Source: a virus
DNA: 64,000 nt
Virus record (IMG/VR): IMGVR_UViG_3300043548_000722
Coordinates: 1-64,000 of that record
Strand: one strand, 5' to 3'
Shown here: positions 17,995 to 27,800 of the stretch, in pieces
Numbering within the stretch: position 1 is the first letter of the stretch
How the letters are laid out: the number at the start of each line of letters is the position of its first letter
Notes under the pieces: generated by a model
Seen by the model: only the letters and a program-made list of their open reading frames with translations
The model's database searches: none
Told to the model about the DNA's origin: nothing
Program-made: the position numbers and the translations under genes

Positions 17995-18857
17995 TATCGC
18001 TTCTCCGAGTGAAGGATCTCGTCGCGAGATCGATTCGAGATGGAACCCGTGGGCGACAAGTCTAACAGGCTCGGGATCTTCTTGTTGCCATGAAGGACCT
18101 TGAACTTCTCAAACTTCTTGAGCGTCTCTTGCAGGGCCGTGTCTCCGGCCTGCACACGCTCGTCGATCCGCGCAAGTCCGCGCGCAAGGTTACCAAGCAT
18201 CTCCACCTTCTTGTCTGAGAGCGGAAGTGTCCGCGTCTCCAAAAAGGTGTGGTACAGCTCGGATCGAACCTCCATCATGATCTTCTTGCCGTCCAGCTCT
18301 TTGCGGATCCCGGCCCGATATGCCGCAGCTTCGGGGCCTGCGCGCACAGCCAGATGATACGACTGGAGTAGTGGACTGACCCTCCCGCTCGTGTCTCCGT
18401 TGAGGTACTTGGCCCAGCCGCCAACTCCCATCAGATCCGAGTTCCAGAAGTAATGACGGAACGCAGCCACCGCCAACTCTGATACCGGATGGCCGAGCTC
18501 GGCAAGATTGCGGGATGCCTCGCTGTACGGCACCCCGCTCATCAGCAGTGTCTCGAGCTTTTCTCTCACAATCGGAGCAGAGAGAATCTTGTCTCTCATC
18601 TCTTCTGTGTTTTTGTCCGGATGTACCAGCGAATAGAGGCCGTTCTTCCGGAGCCAGGACGTTGTGGCGCGATGCTTAGAATCCCAAGGACGGAAGTCCT
18701 TGGGAACCTTGGCAAGAATCTCTTGGCACTTCTTGAAGTCCTCATCAGAGACCTCTGAGAGCCCGTGAATCTCCAAATTCAGGTTTACGTCGTCATGGGA
18801 CAGTGCTGCCCCGATCACGAGTAGATACTTGATGAAGAATTCCGCGGGATGTGCCAA
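17994..18857 (-). CDS. hypothetical protein (possible terminase small subunit)
   Basis: 287 aa helical protein with an HTH-like centre, a few genes upstream of terL. Function is a guess. Confidence 0.45.
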   Translation of the reverse strand: MAHPAEFFIKYLLVIGAALSHDDVNLNLEIHGLSEVSDEDFKKCQEILAKVPKDFRPWDSKHRATTSWLRKNGLYSLVHPDKNTEEMRDKILSAPIVREKLETLLMSGVPYSEASRNLAELGHPVSELAVAAFRHYFWNSDLMGVGGWAKYLNGDTSGRVSPLLQSYHLAVRAGPEAAAYRAGIRKELDGKKIMMEVRSELYHTFLETRTLPLSDKKVEMLGNLARGLARIDERVQAGDTALQETLKKFEKFKVLHGNKKIPSLLDLSPTGSISNRSRDEILHSEKR

Positions 18858-18864
18858 GAGCCCC

Positions 18865-19416
18865 TCAGTAGCGGTAGGGACTCCCGGATCTATTTCCGTA
18901 CGTACCGCCGCTCAGCCGACCTTCAAGTCTATCTAGCCTGTCCATCGTCTCGTAATGCATCCTATGGCGCTCGGCCTCCTCCATGTCTCGCCTTTCCTGA
19001 AGCTGCCGCTTTCCAAGATCAACTGCGGCCTGCCCGAAGTTCCCAGACTCTTGCAGTCCCTTCATTCTCTCAATTTCTTCTGAATCAGAGATGGCCATCG
19101 AACCTCCGACGAGGGCTCCGAATCCACCTCCGACTGCCGCACCTAGCGCGGCACTCCGCGCGTTAGCTCCTGCAAGAAGACCAAGTGCCCCACCAAATGC
19201 ACCTCCGGTCAATCCTCCGACCCCCACTGCTTTGCCGAAATGAGTTTTGGGCTCCGCAGCTTTGGCGTTGGCGTACTCCTCCATACGAGCCATACGAGTC
19301 TCGTACGGCTCCAACGCCTCCGAGACGTCAGGCTGGCTAAGACCAAAGACACGAGCTTCCTTGGTCCACAGAGGGTGATCCGCAAGAATAACTTGATAGG
19401 CTGCAAGTTTGTCCAC
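18865..19416 (-). CDS. MDK(L/I)AAYQ-leader glycine-zipper protein
   Basis: GTG start; MDKLAAYQVILADHPLWTKEA followed by a long GxxxG zipper hairpin. Confidence 0.75.
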   Translation of the reverse strand: MDKLAAYQVILADHPLWTKEARVFGLSQPDVSEALEPYETRMARMEEYANAKAAEPKTHFGKAVGVGGLTGGAFGGALGLLAGANARSAALGAAVGGGFGALVGGSMAISDSEEIERMKGLQESGNFGQAAVDLGKRQLQERRDMEEAERHRMHYETMDRLDRLEGRLSGGTYGNRSGSPYRY

Positions 19417-19424
19417 GACTACTC

Positions 19425-19985
19425 CTACTCGTCGGCATACTCGCCAGGATAGTCATACTCTTCGGGTATGGGCATGTCACGGTCTTCCAGTTTCTTACGG
19501 ATAAGGGCGACTCGGGGGTCCTGACGTAGCGCCAAGCGGGCAAGTTCGGGCTCCACAGAGCGAGCGCCGTAGACATTGTCCAGCCCGCCGAGTACGCCAA
19601 TCCCCGTACCAATGCCGACTATTCCCTTTGCAAGACCCGGATCCACACGATAGCCGAGCATACGAGGAATGCCAAGCGCGAGTCCTCCCTTCAGTGCTCC
19701 ACCAATCGCGCCTCCTACGGCAGCTCCACCGAGATAATGGCCGACACCTGCCGGAGAAGTAGCAGCTACATCCTGAAGGTACTTTTGATACCGAGGCACT
19801 TGCAAATCCTCCGGCTCATACTGGCTGCTCACAAACTCCGGGCGGAAGTACAAACCAGGGATTCCCGATAGGTTACCGGCGGGACGTGACACTCCCTCGG
19901 CTGCCATTGCTGGCTCGTCCTGGGCAGTCTTTTCCCACAGGGGGTGCTCAGATAGAAGCATTTGGTAAGCGGCGATCTTGTCCAT
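19425..19985 (-). CDS. MDKIAAYQ-leader glycine-zipper protein
   Basis: MDKIAAYQMLLSEHPLWEKTA followed by a GxxxG zipper hairpin; SD GAGG. Confidence 0.75.
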   Translation of the reverse strand: MDKIAAYQMLLSEHPLWEKTAQDEPAMAAEGVSRPAGNLSGIPGLYFRPEFVSSQYEPEDLQVPRYQKYLQDVAATSPAGVGHYLGGAAVGGAIGGALKGGLALGIPRMLGYRVDPGLAKGIVGIGTGIGVLGGLDNVYGARSVEPELARLALRQDPRVALIRKKLEDRDMPIPEEYDYPGEYADE

Positions 19986-20051
19986 GGTGACATCCTCTGG
20001 AGGTTTCTGACGGGAATCGTAGCTGGAACAGCTGCACTACGCAAGGACTGC

Positions 20052-21554
20052 TCAAACTTGATACGTTTTAAGGCTCTTCAGTCCTGAGATGACATCTTCG
20101 AGCGCGAACATAGCACGAACAGCTGCGGTCTTGGGGATGCTTTGCAGGCCGATCTGAGCCGCAAGCACCACGCTCGCCAACTTGGTCGATGCCTCCTCTA
20201 ACTGAGGAAGGAAGTCGATGAAGGTCTCGACGTTCTCCGGGTTGAGGAAGTTTAGCGCAAGAACTGCGTCTACAGAAGCAGTGTCTACAAGTGCCGACGC
20301 CTTCTTATCAAAAGTAATCGCAGAAATCTCCCTCAGCAAGTTAACACGCTGAGGAATCTCTGTATCAAGCATGTCGATTGCTGCTTCCTTGAGAGCCTCA
20401 TGGTAGGTCTCGTCGCGCGTAGAGAGCGGCTGAAGACCAAACATGCGGATCGGCTTACCGGAAGACGCGGCCTTCTCTAGACACGCAGCACTTAGGTTCT
20501 GTGGCATGCCTGCGGCAGCGAGCCAGAACACGCCGTCCACCCAGTCGTGCTCACCCGAGCCAACCTTCTCAAAGACCGGTCCGCTGAGGCGGCAGCCACC
20601 TTCCCATGCGCGAATCTCGGCCATTGTCTCGTATGCGTTGGCCTGTGCTGCCTTCATCAGCTCATTTCCGGCAGCAAGCTGCACTGGGTTCTCCAGCGGC
20701 ATGAACTTGAAGTCTGCGGGAATAGCGATGTCAGTGGTCGAGGATGCGACTGGGCGCACTATGCCCTGTGACGGAATGATGCGAATATCATTTCCATTTA
20801 GATCCTGCGCAGCAAAATACCCGTTGCCTTCGACGTGGACCTTCGTGACGATATTGTATGGCATCGTACACATAATAGCCTTGCCGTTGGTCTTAAGGAA
20901 GACGCCAAGGCCACGTACGTCCGGATTTTCTGGAATTGGTAAGTTGTGGTTTACACCAATGAGAGATCCAGAAATCATAGGCTGAACAGAGTATGCTGTT
21001 CCATTAGTGAACAGCGCGGCACTGGTAGGTGCTCCCTGAACAGGATCAAAAAGGTTGGGAATTACGTATCCCACCAACTGTTTTCCAGTGGTCGCGTCTG
21101 TCACCTTGTAGATGCCAAATGCCGTTACCGGAGCCATCTGCTCTGTCAAAGGATCCGGCTCTGCCTGAACCCCAGTGATTGTTGCAGCTCCGGTCTGATC
21201 TGCCGTCTGTAGCATCTGAGGGGGCAGTACTTGCTGAGCTTGCTGAGCAGACATCTGCGTCTCTTGCGGAGCCATGCCCGCAGGAGCTGCAGAAACCTTC
21301 ACGGAGTAGCCATACCCAGACGGGCGAACCTGAACTACGTCGACCCCCGGCATGAAGCGCAAAGAAGCACTCTTCGCCAGCTCTGACGCGGGAACGATTG
21401 GCTCGGCAGTCAACCTATGAAGAACGCTCATTACGGACGCGTTCTTCTCAATCATACGCCGCACCTCCGGGTCTGCGAACTCGCCCTCAAATCGCGCGAA
21501 GTCAGACTGGTTGATGGTTCCAGAAATGGCAGAACAGAGCGTGCGAGGTTTCAT
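20052..21554 (-). CDS. KxAS-rich virion-region protein
   Basis: 500 aa; KNAS, KSAS, KAAS, KKAS, KLAS. Confidence 0.7.
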   Translation of the reverse strand: MKPRTLCSAISGTINQSDFARFEGEFADPEVRRMIEKNASVMSVLHRLTAEPIVPASELAKSASLRFMPGVDVVQVRPSGYGYSVKVSAAPAGMAPQETQMSAQQAQQVLPPQMLQTADQTGAATITGVQAEPDPLTEQMAPVTAFGIYKVTDATTGKQLVGYVIPNLFDPVQGAPTSAALFTNGTAYSVQPMISGSLIGVNHNLPIPENPDVRGLGVFLKTNGKAIMCTMPYNIVTKVHVEGNGYFAAQDLNGNDIRIIPSQGIVRPVASSTTDIAIPADFKFMPLENPVQLAAGNELMKAAQANAYETMAEIRAWEGGCRLSGPVFEKVGSGEHDWVDGVFWLAAAGMPQNLSAACLEKAASSGKPIRMFGLQPLSTRDETYHEALKEAAIDMLDTEIPQRVNLLREISAITFDKKASALVDTASVDAVLALNFLNPENVETFIDFLPQLEEASTKLASVVLAAQIGLQSIPKTAAVRAMFALEDVISGLKSLKTYQV

Positions 21555-21641
21555 TTTGGGCTCACTTCATCTGAGGTAGGCGATAGAAGACGACAATACC
21601 CTTCAGCCGTCCGGGGTGCTACGGCAAGGCTCCTTGTTGCC

Positions 21642-23255
21642 TTACTCACTACGGAACAGTCCGCTTAGACGATCGAAGACAGAGCGCGGCTTTTCGGCAG
21701 AATCCTTCTTCTTGACTGCCCCCAGTGTTCGAAGAAGTGGGATGTCATCGCCAAGCTCGTCTGCTCTCCGGTGGACGGTGTCTGCGGTTTCGTTGACTAC
21801 TTTCTGAGCTGCGCGGGAGGCTGTGTCGGCCACAAAGCTGGCTCCAGATGTAAGGGCACTCTTGGCCGCAGGAACGATCACATGCTTCATGGCTGCGGTG
21901 CCTCCGGCTCCCGCCGCCGCACCGACTCCGGTGTTGACCGCCAAGGACGTCAAGTGATGCTTTACTCTTTTTTTGTACTCTTCGGGAGTAATTTCACCAC
22001 GATCCAACGCGGCTTTATCGTTTAAATACGCATCTTTTCTGTTATAGACTGCCTTTCCAGCTCCAAGCGCGCCCCCTACAGCGCCAAACCTAGTATACGG
22101 ACTCATTGCCTGCTTTAGGCTGCCAGCCTGGGAAAACTCGTCGCATACGCTCTGCGGCTCTGCCTGGAAAGAAAATCTCTCGCAGTACCCAGATCCATCA
22201 CTCAGGGAGCGAAAGAACGAGCAAGTCTCGCAGCGAAAGTCTCCTGCGGTAGGCCTGTAGTTTGGAGCATCTTCCGCCCCAGCCACTTTTGAGTTCTCTT
22301 TAAATTTTCGAAAAATTTCCCGTGCAGAGCTGACTTTATCCATCTTTTCAGGCTCTAAAGATTCGAGATAACCAGGCTCAAGTTCCTCTCTCCGCCTGTC
22401 AAGTTCAGCGTCAATCTTTCTTCTCTTAGAAGCAATATACTCGTTAGCTAAGTTTTTTGCGAGGGCGACACCAGTTATCGCGCCTCCGACTGCCCCCATG
22501 CGCGCAAATGGACCTGGAAGATCATCCATGTTCCTCGCGATGAATGGAATGGAATGATCGATCATCGTACCTGCGGTGGCTCCGACGATGGATCCGCCCG
22601 CAAAGGCTGGCACCCCAAGGGCGTAATAGGGTACCGTAGACGTCATCAAGTCTCTGCGCTTCTTTTCAAGGTCGGCAGTCGACATCGAATCAAAGCCCGA
22701 GGCAAACTTCCGCTGTCCCGTTCGTGCTGAGCTGATCTTGTTGATGCCCGCGGACGATGCGCCATCGCCAACAACACGACCAAAACCTTGGCGCTGTTGG
22801 TATGGCGGGTACATCTGGTCGATGAGCGATTTCTGCCGCTCAGGTTGATCCGCGGGTCCCTGGAACATTGCGGGGTTGAGCAGCGCAGACTCAATCCGCT
22901 CCGCGGTCAACGGATAGACGTTCCCTCCAAGCTCAAAAGTGTGGAACGGCTGTAGGAGTCGATCCGCAACGATGATCGGGATTCGAACCATATTTTGTGG
23001 ATTTTTTGATGCAGTAGCAGCGGCCGGATCGTTGCGGGCCATCAGAAGCGCATGGCCAAAAGCAAACCCCGCTTCCGGCTCTACTCTCTGCATATTGAGG
23101 TCGATCTCATACTGAGAAAGAAACGGAAGCTGCTGATGCAGGTTACTCAGCACATGCGCGGGCCACTTCGTATCGTCGTCCGGCATCTTGGCGATCGACG
23201 CCATCTTCTCGAAGAAGCTATGCGGATCCACCGGCTTGAGGAAGAGAGATGTCAT
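21642..23255 (-). CDS. modular KxA protein: globular N-domain, glycine-zipper modules, HiPIP-like Cys module
   Basis: Likely ATG 23255 (SD GAGG). EKMAS, NKISS, RKFAS, DKVSS, SKVA and LKQA separate distinct segments. Confidence 0.7.
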   Translation of the reverse strand: MTSLFLKPVDPHSFFEKMASIAKMPDDDTKWPAHVLSNLHQQLPFLSQYEIDLNMQRVEPEAGFAFGHALLMARNDPAAATASKNPQNMVRIPIIVADRLLQPFHTFELGGNVYPLTAERIESALLNPAMFQGPADQPERQKSLIDQMYPPYQQRQGFGRVVGDGASSAGINKISSARTGQRKFASGFDSMSTADLEKKRRDLMTSTVPYYALGVPAFAGGSIVGATAGTMIDHSIPFIARNMDDLPGPFARMGAVGGAITGVALAKNLANEYIASKRRKIDAELDRRREELEPGYLESLEPEKMDKVSSAREIFRKFKENSKVAGAEDAPNYRPTAGDFRCETCSFFRSLSDGSGYCERFSFQAEPQSVCDEFSQAGSLKQAMSPYTRFGAVGGALGAGKAVYNRKDAYLNDKAALDRGEITPEEYKKRVKHHLTSLAVNTGVGAAAGAGGTAAMKHVIVPAAKSALTSGASFVADTASRAAQKVVNETADTVHRRADELGDDIPLLRTLGAVKKKDSAEKPRSVFDRLSGLFRSE

Positions 23256-23266
23256 TCGTACCTCTG

Positions 23267-24352
23267 TCAATCCGCTTCGAGGACTGACGACAGAAAGGAG
23301 CCTTGTCCGGCGAGCGAGTCTACAATATCACTAAGAAGGTCATCCGTCGCAGCTGTCGTAAATCCGAGTGTGTTAAGGGCGACCTTGATCTCAGTAAGCG
23401 ACGCTTGAAGCTTCGTCAGGAACTCTGTCCCAAGCATGACGGGCTGAGCCGTTCCCGCATCTGTTTCCTGCGCGATCCGAAGTTTACCATCCAAGGTTAG
23501 GAGGGCGCTGCCGGATCTCGCGACTTTCAGAGAAAGAGATTGATCCGGGACATCTGCTTCCTCATCGGAGTTGACCTCGAATAAATATACACAAGCGGCA
23601 GGATCGAGAGAAGACGGACGGAGGGCAATAACATCTTCAGGAATTAAGCCCAACAGAGGGTCTTCTATATAAAGCGTCGTTTGCTGTGAAGAAAGTGCGG
23701 GGATTGGGACACTGCCGTCTAGCTCTACTCGATCGGCCTCGGTAAACCCAACTTTACTGCGCACAGACCACGACGGGGACTGGGCAAATTCTCGAACGGT
23801 CGTTTCGTAGTAGAACGCCGGAAAGAAGGTTCCGGCGTCTTCGCTATCAATACAAACTTTTTCCTCGGTGGAGCCGATTGTCTCGACGATCATGTGGCGC
23901 GCGACCACCGTGAGGGTGTCCGTTCGACCCTCTGCCACTATCCGGGAAAGGCCGCTTCCTCGCAGTTCAGTAGTACCGTTTCTGGTAATAAATACTCCAT
24001 TCTGTCCCTCTGCTACGCAGGCCATATCTCCGGGACTAAGGTATGGACGATTTGAGTGGTATGATCCAGGCTTACCGTCCGTTGTGACGGACGAAACCAG
24101 AGGCGCCCCAGCGATTAAGTACGCCCCAGAGTGGTCAGAAGATACCGCCACGAGACAGTGGGATCCTACCTCCGGCATGTAGTGCAGACCGGCGCCGGTC
24201 GCGCTCTGGTACACAGAAGATATGATCCCTGTTACAAATTCTCTCTGAACCTGATCACACCTGACGACACAGGTCCACCGAGAAGGATCGACAGATATAA
24301 TCCTCCCAGAGAAAATTTGTGCGTCAATGGGCTTACGCGGAAAGCTGCTCAT
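23267..24352 (-). CDS. putative baseplate spike (gpV/gp5-type OB fold)
   Basis: GRIISVDP...GLHYMPEVGSHCLVA OB-fold pattern, beta-repeat middle, VMLG-x2-FL-x2-L C-terminal helix. Confidence 0.6.
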   Translation of the reverse strand: MSSFPRKPIDAQIFSGRIISVDPSRWTCVVRCDQVQREFVTGIISSVYQSATGAGLHYMPEVGSHCLVAVSSDHSGAYLIAGAPLVSSVTTDGKPGSYHSNRPYLSPGDMACVAEGQNGVFITRNGTTELRGSGLSRIVAEGRTDTLTVVARHMIVETIGSTEEKVCIDSEDAGTFFPAFYYETTVREFAQSPSWSVRSKVGFTEADRVELDGSVPIPALSSQQTTLYIEDPLLGLIPEDVIALRPSSLDPAACVYLFEVNSDEEADVPDQSLSLKVARSGSALLTLDGKLRIAQETDAGTAQPVMLGTEFLTKLQASLTEIKVALNTLGFTTAATDDLLSDIVDSLAGQGSFLSSVLEAD

Positions 24353-24858
24353 TGATTCGGACGTCTATTCTTTAGGGCGTTGTACCCTAAATAACCTGTC
24401 CCCAGGGCACCCGCACCCGCTGTAGTAAGGGCCGCCCCACCCAGCAGTTGCTGTCCCTGCGTTCTCGCCACGTCGAGCTGTCTCAGCGAAACGGGACCAA
24501 GACCCCGTTCTGCCGCACGCTGGTTAACATTAGCAAGTAGTCTGTCTGTAGCTCCGCTCGTCAGTTTGCCTCCCCTACTGGAAGCCCAGTCCATCATGCG
24601 GCCACCAAGACCAGTCCGAGAACCTGAGACACCCGCACCTCCCGCACCTGCAATTGCTTTACCAGCACGGTAAACACCTCCAGTTACGGCCTTGCCGACA
24701 TCTGCAAGAAGGGCCTCCTTTTCCATTTCCATGAATGCTTGCGCGTATGGAGCAGGGAGCTGTCCATCGCATGTTCCGTACCTCTCGACGAGAACAGATG
24801 CCCTCTTTTCGAGTTCATTGCGGAGTAGAGCTTCTTGGTAGGCGGCGATCTTGTCCAT
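24349..24858 (-). CDS. MDKIAAYQ-leader glycine-zipper protein
   Basis: MDKIAAYQ...ELEKRAS...MEKEA followed by a Gly-rich amphipathic/hydrophobic region; directly downstream of the RNAP. Confidence 0.7.
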   Translation of the reverse strand: MDKIAAYQEALLRNELEKRASVLVERYGTCDGQLPAPYAQAFMEMEKEALLADVGKAVTGGVYRAGKAIAGAGGAGVSGSRTGLGGRMMDWASSRGGKLTSGATDRLLANVNQRAAERGLGPVSLRQLDVARTQGQQLLGGAALTTAGAGALGTGYLGYNALKNRRPNQ

Positions 24859-24865
24859 GGTGACC

Positions 24866-27800
24866 TCAAAGGAAGGAGAAGAAGCCGGGTGACTTTTGCG
24901 GAGCTTGCGGGGCCGGCGTGGGCACTTGACCAGGCTTCGGTATGTTCGTCATTCTATCAGGCACGCCTGGGGCATTGGGGAGCTTTGTTGAGCCCGGAGG
25001 CTCAAGTCCGAACTCTGCCCCGTGCGCGATGCCCGGAATCGGGTGTCCGTGAATGTCAGACTTCCAGTTCTGTGCTGCACCTTCGGTGTACGTCTCCTGG
25101 AGACGCTGGAAGTTTAGCCTCGCCATCCAGTCTTCTTGCCCTGCGAGAGGCATCTTGTCCAGAGGCTTGAGCTGTGGCGAGTGCTTGATCTCGCGCTTGT
25201 TCATTGCGCGCAGTTCCTTGTTCTTCCGCTCGATCTCGGAGAGGGGGACAAGCTGCCCACGCAGGTAGGCGTGATCGTCCCCAGGATCATCCACACGAGT
25301 GAGGTCCGTCATCGCGCGAATCACTGTCTCGATGTTGCGTCTCCTCTCGTTCCCCGTCGTCTCCACGTAAAGCTCGTTGAGAGAGTCCGCGAGGTGCATG
25401 CGAACTGCGCTCATGCTCTTTGTGATGTCGAGGACGTGATGCGGATTCTTTCTCCCCTCAGAGAGTGCCTCTGCCTTGTCGACTTCGACACCAACCCGAA
25501 TGTTTGGCAGCAGCGGGTTGGTGAACGGGACAGTGTGGACTTTACCGGCAATTGTGACTGTCTTACCTCCGAGCGCGTCTGACTCGATCTTCTCGACCTT
25601 TCCGGAGACCGTAGACAGAGTGGCCTCTCCTTTTAGCTTGGCCGGAACCTTGAAGAGGTTTTCTGCCGCCGTGAAGTAGTCTCCCACGCCACTTGTTCCG
25701 CCGACGCCTCCCGTGTGGAAGGTACGCATTTGCATCTGGGTGATCGGCTCTCCAAGCGCATGACCGGCGATGATGCCGACATTGGTGCCGACTGGGTACA
25801 GCGAACCGCGTTCGCTGAGACCGTAACAGGTTGCGCAGATACCCTTGACCTCGTTGCAGTAGAGTGGGGAGCGTACGAGAATCTTCTTGGGGCCGTCGTT
25901 CTTGATCTTACTCCGCAGTTGAGGAGTGATCAGAGTTCCCTTGGGGATGGTTTCCCCGCCCTTCAGAGGAACCTCTCCGGCGAGGAAGCGTCCTTCGATG
26001 TCTGCTTCCATGGACGAAAGCAGGGCACCACGAACTGTTCCGCAGTCCTTTGACTTAATCGTATTGTCGATGACCGTGTTGATTAGCTCCTTCGTCAGGG
26101 CGCCAGGCTTCGCCGTTGCCGATGCGCGGTCAATGGTTCCTTTCCGTGCGCCATGAAGCGACGCATAGTACTGCGAGACCGGAAGGCCCTCTCCGAAGGA
26201 CTTGGTGATCGCGAATGGAACTGTGCGGTTGAGTGGATCCTGCACGAGCAGCGGGCCCATGACCATCTGGCCAAACTGATTCCAATCGCCCTTGGCGCCG
26301 GAGCGTGCCCAGTCCCACATTCCGTTGTCCAGACGGGAGTTGTAGCGGGCCTCTCCAGCTTCCTTGAGTTCCTTGCGGGCCTTCTCGTAGATCGAGATGA
26401 TCTTCTCGTCCTTGGCTGCCTTCGATCCTGCGCCCTTGAGGACGGCCTCTTCCTCTTTCTTGTATTTGGCCAGGATCTCGTCGCGGAGTTTGTATCCGTC
26501 GTGGAAGTCATTGAGCTTCACACTCGACCCATTTTTGAACGCCAAATTAAAGCCGAGGGCTTTCCACTCATCGATCATCTTGGCGAACTCTTCTGGGGTC
26601 GCCCGTGCAATCTTTGTTGCAAACTTCTTCATCTTTCCCTTGGCCATACGGAAAGATGAGTCGTAGAGAAGCTCCTCGTCCCCACGGAACTGCGCCGGCA
26701 GTGTTCGGTTGATCATGAGTCGGCCTGCCGTAGTGGGCTTGCTGTGACCCGTAACCTTGATGACGTTGTAAACCTTCAGCTTGCCGGCCCTCACTGCCTG
26801 AATTGCTTGGTCCTCCGTGAACTGACCCGGAACCGGCTTGCCCCACTCCGTCGCCTGGAAGATTCCAAGAACAGAATCCTGAGACGGCGTCACCATCAGC
26901 CCTCCACTGGTCGGAGAGAAGAGGTTCTTCGAGGGCATCATGTTCTTGGCTTCTTGTACGGCTCCTTCGGTGATGGGCACATAGAGCGCCATCGTGTCTC
27001 CGTCGAAGTCCGCGTTGAAGCCTCCCGTGACGAGGGGATGGATCTTGATCGACTTCCCCTCAATCAGGCGCGGGCGGAACGCCATCAGCGAGAACATGTG
27101 GAGGGAGGGATCGCGTTTCATGAGCGCGGGCCGGTCTCGAACCACCCTCTCAAGGGCCTCGTTGGCGGCCGGATGGTTTTTCTTGATCATCATGCGTGCC
27201 TCTCCCGGAGAGGTCGCACGGCCCATGTTGCGCCACAGTTCCTTGATGACGAAGGGCTTGTACATTTCCATCGCCATCTCTCGAGGCACGCCAACCTCAT
27301 CAAGTGGCATCTCTGGATCTGGCGTGATGACGGAACGGCCGGAAAGATCCTGTCGCTTCCCGAGCACTCCCGTCTGGAAGAAGGACTGCTTCGGCTGATT
27401 GCCAGTAAGCTTGTCCATCAGAGAAGGAACCTGCTTTCCTTCCATCTGCATGCCAGTGACGCGCAGAGCCTTCGTTGTGTTGTAAATCTCGGCCTGAATG
27501 CGCTGGATCTCTCCGACAGGCATTTTCTCTTTTTCGGCCTGCTCAAGTTGCCGCGTCATTTGGCCAATGATTGCGTACATCTTGTTGGCGGGATCGATGA
27601 TCTGCGTGCCGTCAAAGCCAATGCTTACCCTACGGAGTGTCGGAGGCAGAACTGGGAGGACACGGTTGGTGTACGCATCCACAGGCTTGATATCGAGCTC
27701 TTTTAGAGCGCGAAGATACCGAACCCGTTTATAGGCTACATTCAGCTCGTTCTCGGTTGCAGTCTGAAGCTTCTTTTCGGCGGCCTTAAGTTCCGTGTCT

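Noticed and set aside
21555-21644. Stop-codon readthrough or alternative genetic code joining two in-frame ORFs
   Set aside because: TAA is followed by two TGA stops in the spacer; all three stop codons end clear genes elsewhere and conserved proteins are intact in code 11.
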